NCBI RefSeq assembly: GCF_032444005.1
Contig: NC_091286.1
Span: 130,076,001-130,140,000 of the forward strand
DNA: 64,000 nucleotides
Source of the DNA: Ranitomeya imitator
Taxonomy: Eukaryota
Direction of reading: 5' to 3'
The stretch's first letter is position 1; every line of letters begins with the position of its first letter. The notes under the pieces were generated by a model. It saw only the letters and a list, made by a program, of their open reading frames with translations, made no database searches and was not told the DNA's origin. Both the position numbers and the translations under genes were made by a program. Below, one piece after another: positions 60,736 through 64,000 of this stretch.

Positions 60736-61054
60736 GGGTATGTGCACACGTCGAATGGTCCACTGCGGATTTTTCCACAGCGGATTTTTTGTGCGGATTC
60801 CACTGCGCTTTTACACCTGCGGTTCTCTATTATAGAGCAGGTGTAAAACCGCTGCGGATTCCGCACAAAAAATTGACATGCTGCGGAATGTAAACCAATG
60901 AGTTTCCGCGCAATTTTTTCCGCAGCATGTGCACTGCGGATTGCATTTCCCATAGGTTTACATTGAATTGTAAACGCATGGGAAACTGCTGCTGACCAGC
61001 AGCTGCGGAAACGCTGCAGCTCCACAGCAAAATCCGCAGCATGTGAACATAGCC
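60736..61054. mobile_element. PIF/Harbinger-type MITE in the hAT transposase
   Basis: gggtatgtgcacacg...catgtgaacatagcc with TTA TSD; removal restores ...GAVRMSELQD... Confidence 0.88.
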
Positions 61055-61679
61055 TTAGGATGAGCGAGCTACAGGACAGCCAAGAGCAAGAGGACTCTGA
61101 TCCTGGCAGTACTGCTGCTGCCGCCATTCCTTCATCCTCATCAGATGAGAAGTTTGATTTCGACAAGCATTTGAACGACATGGAGCAGACAAAGCGTTTC
61201 TGCAGAGAAAAAAAAAGATTTTACTCCCATAGAAAATAGATTGACCATATTTCAGCAAAATGTTTCACTTGCTCTCAAAGAAGGATAAGAGTTCAACCGT
61301 TCATCAAAACTGACTGTGCAAGAGGCAATTCCTTTATACCCTGAAATTGTTAGAGATTTTGCCCATGTGGTTACTGCTTTGCCACCAACCCAAGTAAGTG
61401 TAGAAAGGTTGTCCTCTAGCCTTAAAATAATTAGGTCAGATTTGAGGTCATCTATGAAGGAGCATCTGATGGAGGCGATACTATTTCTCAGGACAAATTC
61501 ATAGACTGCACAAATGCTATTGAGGGAGTTTTGTTGAAAATTGTCCCCCCCCCCCCCCCCACACACACACACACACACACACACTGCAGAGTGAATAATA
61601 CATTGTAAATATATAAAGTTTTTTTTTTTAGTTCTAAACTTGTATTCCAATAAATATATTTTACTATTGAGTATTCTAG

Positions 61680-62330
61680 TATCTATCTATCTATCTATCG
61701 CTGTGAGTGGGGGTTAAATTCCGCGCCAATATCGCTGATCGGCCAGCCGGGTGCGACCTTCAGCGAAGGGTGGTTTAAATCCCGCGTCAATTTGTGGCTG
61801 GACTGTCTGTCGCTGATTGGTTGCAGGATGTCGGGGTGCAGTATACAGCACAGCCCACGCGGTATACAGCAGTGTGGGCACCATATCTCTGTTAAAAAAA
61901 AAAAAAATTAAATAAATAGTTATATACTCACCCTCCGGCGTCAACCGAAGTTGTCCCGATGCATGCGAGGCTGCCACAAGCTTCCGTTCCCAGAGATGAA
62001 TTGCAAAATTACCCAGATGACTTAGCGGTCTCGCGAGACCGCCAAGTCATCTGGCTAATTTGGCAATGCATCTCTGAAAACGGAAGCTGGCGGCAGCCTC
62101 GCCGCTTGCGCGCATCAGTGGACGGCGGAAGGTGAGAATAGCGCCAATTTTTATTTATTTTTTTAAATTTTTAACATTCTATCTTTTTACTATTGATGCT
62201 GCATAGGCAGCATCAATAGTAAAAAGTTCGTCACACAGGGTTAATAGCAGCGTTAACAGACTGTTACACGACTTGGGATTTCCGTGACAGACAGAAGTGC
62301 CCCTTAGAATGGGGAGAAAAAAAAATTATA
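61680..62330 (-). mobile_element. Helitron-like element related to 31276-32515
   Basis: Shares the cttagcggtctcgcgagaccg palindrome, the tttactattgatgctgcataggcagcatcaatagtaaaaa hairpin and the ctaagggg start, in reverse orientation. Confidence 0.55.
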
Positions 62331-62670
62331 TATTTTTTTTTTGTCTATCTAAATGGCTTGATTATTGTATCATAATAAAGATCAATAGCCTGATGTTACC
62401 ATTTTACTACAGTAAATTTATCACTTGAACATGAGCCATGTATGAGGGAGTCAGTCGTGGAGTCTGAGTTGGAATCGGGGTCATGGGCATTGAGGAGTCG
62501 GAGGTTTGGTTTACCGACTCCACAGCCCTCATAGAAAATAGACAAGAAAAAAAAAAAAAAACTGGACTTGACTTGGAGTATTTCCCTGCAAAACTAATCA
62601 CATAATCCAACACCTGCAAACTTAGCCTTACATTACCATATTAACCAGATGGAACTGGTAGGCAGTCTAA

Positions 62671-63065
62671 GGCTGCTTTCACACTAGCGTCGGCACGGGG
62701 CCGTCGCTATGCGTCGGCCCGACGTGCGTTGTGAAAATAATGTCCGACGTGGGCAGCGGAAGCAGTCTTATGACGCTTCCGCTGCCCCATTGTAAGGTCT
62801 GGGGAGGAGGGGGCGGAGTTTCGGCCGCGCATGCGCGGTCGAAAATGGCGGACACGACGCGCAAAAAAAAAAAAAAAAAAAAAAAAAAGGTACATGTAAC
62901 TTTCTGTGCCGACGGTGTGCCAAAACACGACGCAACCGTTGCATTGCGTCGCTAATGTTAGTCTATGGAGAAAAATCGCATCCTGCAGACAACTTGCAGG
63001 ATGCGTTTTTTCTCCTAAACGACGCATTGCGACGTGCAGCCAACAACGCTAGTGTGAAAGTAGCC
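62671..63065. mobile_element. Harbinger-type MITE
   Basis: ggctgctttcacactagcg...cgctagtgtgaaagtagcc with TAA TSD. Confidence 0.88.
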
Positions 63066-63068
63066 TAA

Positions 63069-63440
63069 AGCTATATGCACACGTTGCGGATTTGACTGGA
63101 ATTTTCTGTATAGATTCTGCATTTCTTGGCAGAAAACGCAGGTCAGAATTTGAGCTGACTTTTTTTTGCTTTTTTTGAGCGGATTTCTTCCTTTTTTTAC
63201 CCTTGCGGATTTGTATTATGAAATGGGTGCAGAAACGTAGCAGATCCGCAAAAAGAGATACTGTCCTTTTTTGAATCTGCTGCGTTTTCCGTGCAGATTT
63301 TTCTACACCATTAGCACAGCATTTTTTTTTGCCATTGATTTACATTGTACTGTAAATCACTTGCGGATCTGCAGCGTTTCTGCGCAGAAAAAAAAAAGTG
63401 CTTCGGATCCAAAGGAAATCTGCAACGTCTGCACATAGCC
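63069..63440. mobile_element. Harbinger-type MITE abutting the previous one
   Basis: agctatatgcacacg...cgtctgcacatagcc; shares TAA at 63066-63068. Confidence 0.8.
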
Positions 63441-63592
63441 CAAGTCTGGATACATAGGACTTTACCCTACACACGATGCTGTCTATTGAGGCATGACATG
63501 TTTTATAATAGTCATATCCCGCAAGGTTTATTATGCTGGAAGCTTTGAGATCTGTATAGAAGCCATGATACTAGTATAAGCTTTATAGGAGA

Positions 63593-64000
63593 CTAGCTGA
63601 AGAGCCCGGCGTTGCCTGGGCTTAGTAAATATCTGTGGTTAGTTATAGCACCTCACTTCTCTTATTTTCCCATCACACCTCATTTCCCCCCTCATATCTT
63701 TCATTTTCTCCCTCACACCTCGTTTTCCCCCTCTAACACTTGTCTTTTCGACCGCACATCTGTCATTTTCCGATCACTCCACTATTTTCCCTCACACCTC
63801 ATTTTCCCCTCAGTATATACATGTTTGTCATCTCCCTTATATACTATATATAAGGGAGATGACACCTGTATGTCATCTCCTGTATTTAGTATTTACCTGT
63901 ATGTCATCTCCCCTGTAAATAGTATATACCTGTTGCATATCATCTCCTCCTCTATATACCCATGTGTCATCTCCTCCTCTATATACCTACGTGTCATCTC
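63593..64000 (-). mobile_element. Helitron 3' end with internal minisatellite, running off the window
   Basis: Minus strand CCCAGGCAACGCCGGGctcttcagCTAG|T is the classic subterminal hairpin plus CTAG; tandem tgtcatctcc...tatatacc and cacacctcatttcccc units. Confidence 0.8.

Larger units (their letters stand above)
57727..61504 (+). pseudogene. hAT transposase (BED finger, DDE core, hATC dimerisation domain), fragmented
   Basis: ASNLKRHLQHCHP (BED), AIETDNASN, MRCVVQTLQLAIRDSL, DTRWGST-like segment (frameshifted), LPPTQVSVERLSSSLK...AILFLRTNS. Confidence 0.88.
56765..62530 (+). mobile_element. Fossil autonomous hAT transposon with four nested insertions
   Basis: TIRs cagggctgtggagt...actccacagccct; flanks tttgaaaa/atagaaaa (6 of 8 match); subterminal ggagtcgg repeats; transposase fragments. 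Confidence 0.8.
260..64000 (-). other. Probable intron 1 of ppp1r14c (over 63 kb, TE-filled)
   Basis: Lies 5' of the exon on the minus strand. No exon-1 peptide (KVTVKYDRKELRKRL...) is seen in the ORF track or by scanning; the rest is TE or low-complexity sequence. Confidence 0.65.

Noticed and set aside
1-64000. tRNA, rRNA, snRNA genes or tRNA-derived SINEs
   Set aside because: No convincing A/B boxes, cloverleaf or rRNA similarity seen by eye; a covariance-model scan would be needed to exclude decayed copies.

Overview
Vertebrate genomic DNA, almost certainly an anuran (frog); this is inferred from the host exon and the transposon repertoire, and the species cannot be fixed from sequence alone. 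The only host coding sequence I can support is one 84-bp minus-strand exon (176-259, EEEMPEVEIDIDDLLDAANEEERVVKLQ) matching exon 2 of PPP1R14C/KEPI. I found no upstream exon, so 260-64000 is probably one very large intron. Most of the window is nested transposons: (i) a Harbinger-type foldback MITE holding a solo LTR and a DIRS1 tyrosine-recombinase retrotransposon, which itself holds a second DIRS1 family; (ii) piggyBac MITEs plus a transposase relic; (iii) L2 LINE fragments; (iv) a hAT transposase fossil with four nested insertions; (v) Helitron-like elements and many Harbinger, Kolobok/T2 and hAT MITEs; (vi) a 4.9-kb Penelope-like element (PLE) built as a giant palindrome with hammerhead motifs. 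The best leads are the PLE fold-back with stepwise skips and a palindromic target site, repeated twice by smaller inserts; an in-frame phase-0 GT-AG intron at the same place in gag of both DIRS families; A-tract counts at the DIRS-in-DIRS junction that fit conservative recombination; and a conserved inverted repeat around the putative DIRS core promoter. There are no prokaryotic operons, CRISPR arrays, rRNA or tRNA genes. Coordinates were counted by hand and can be off by a few bases, more so for degenerate ends.
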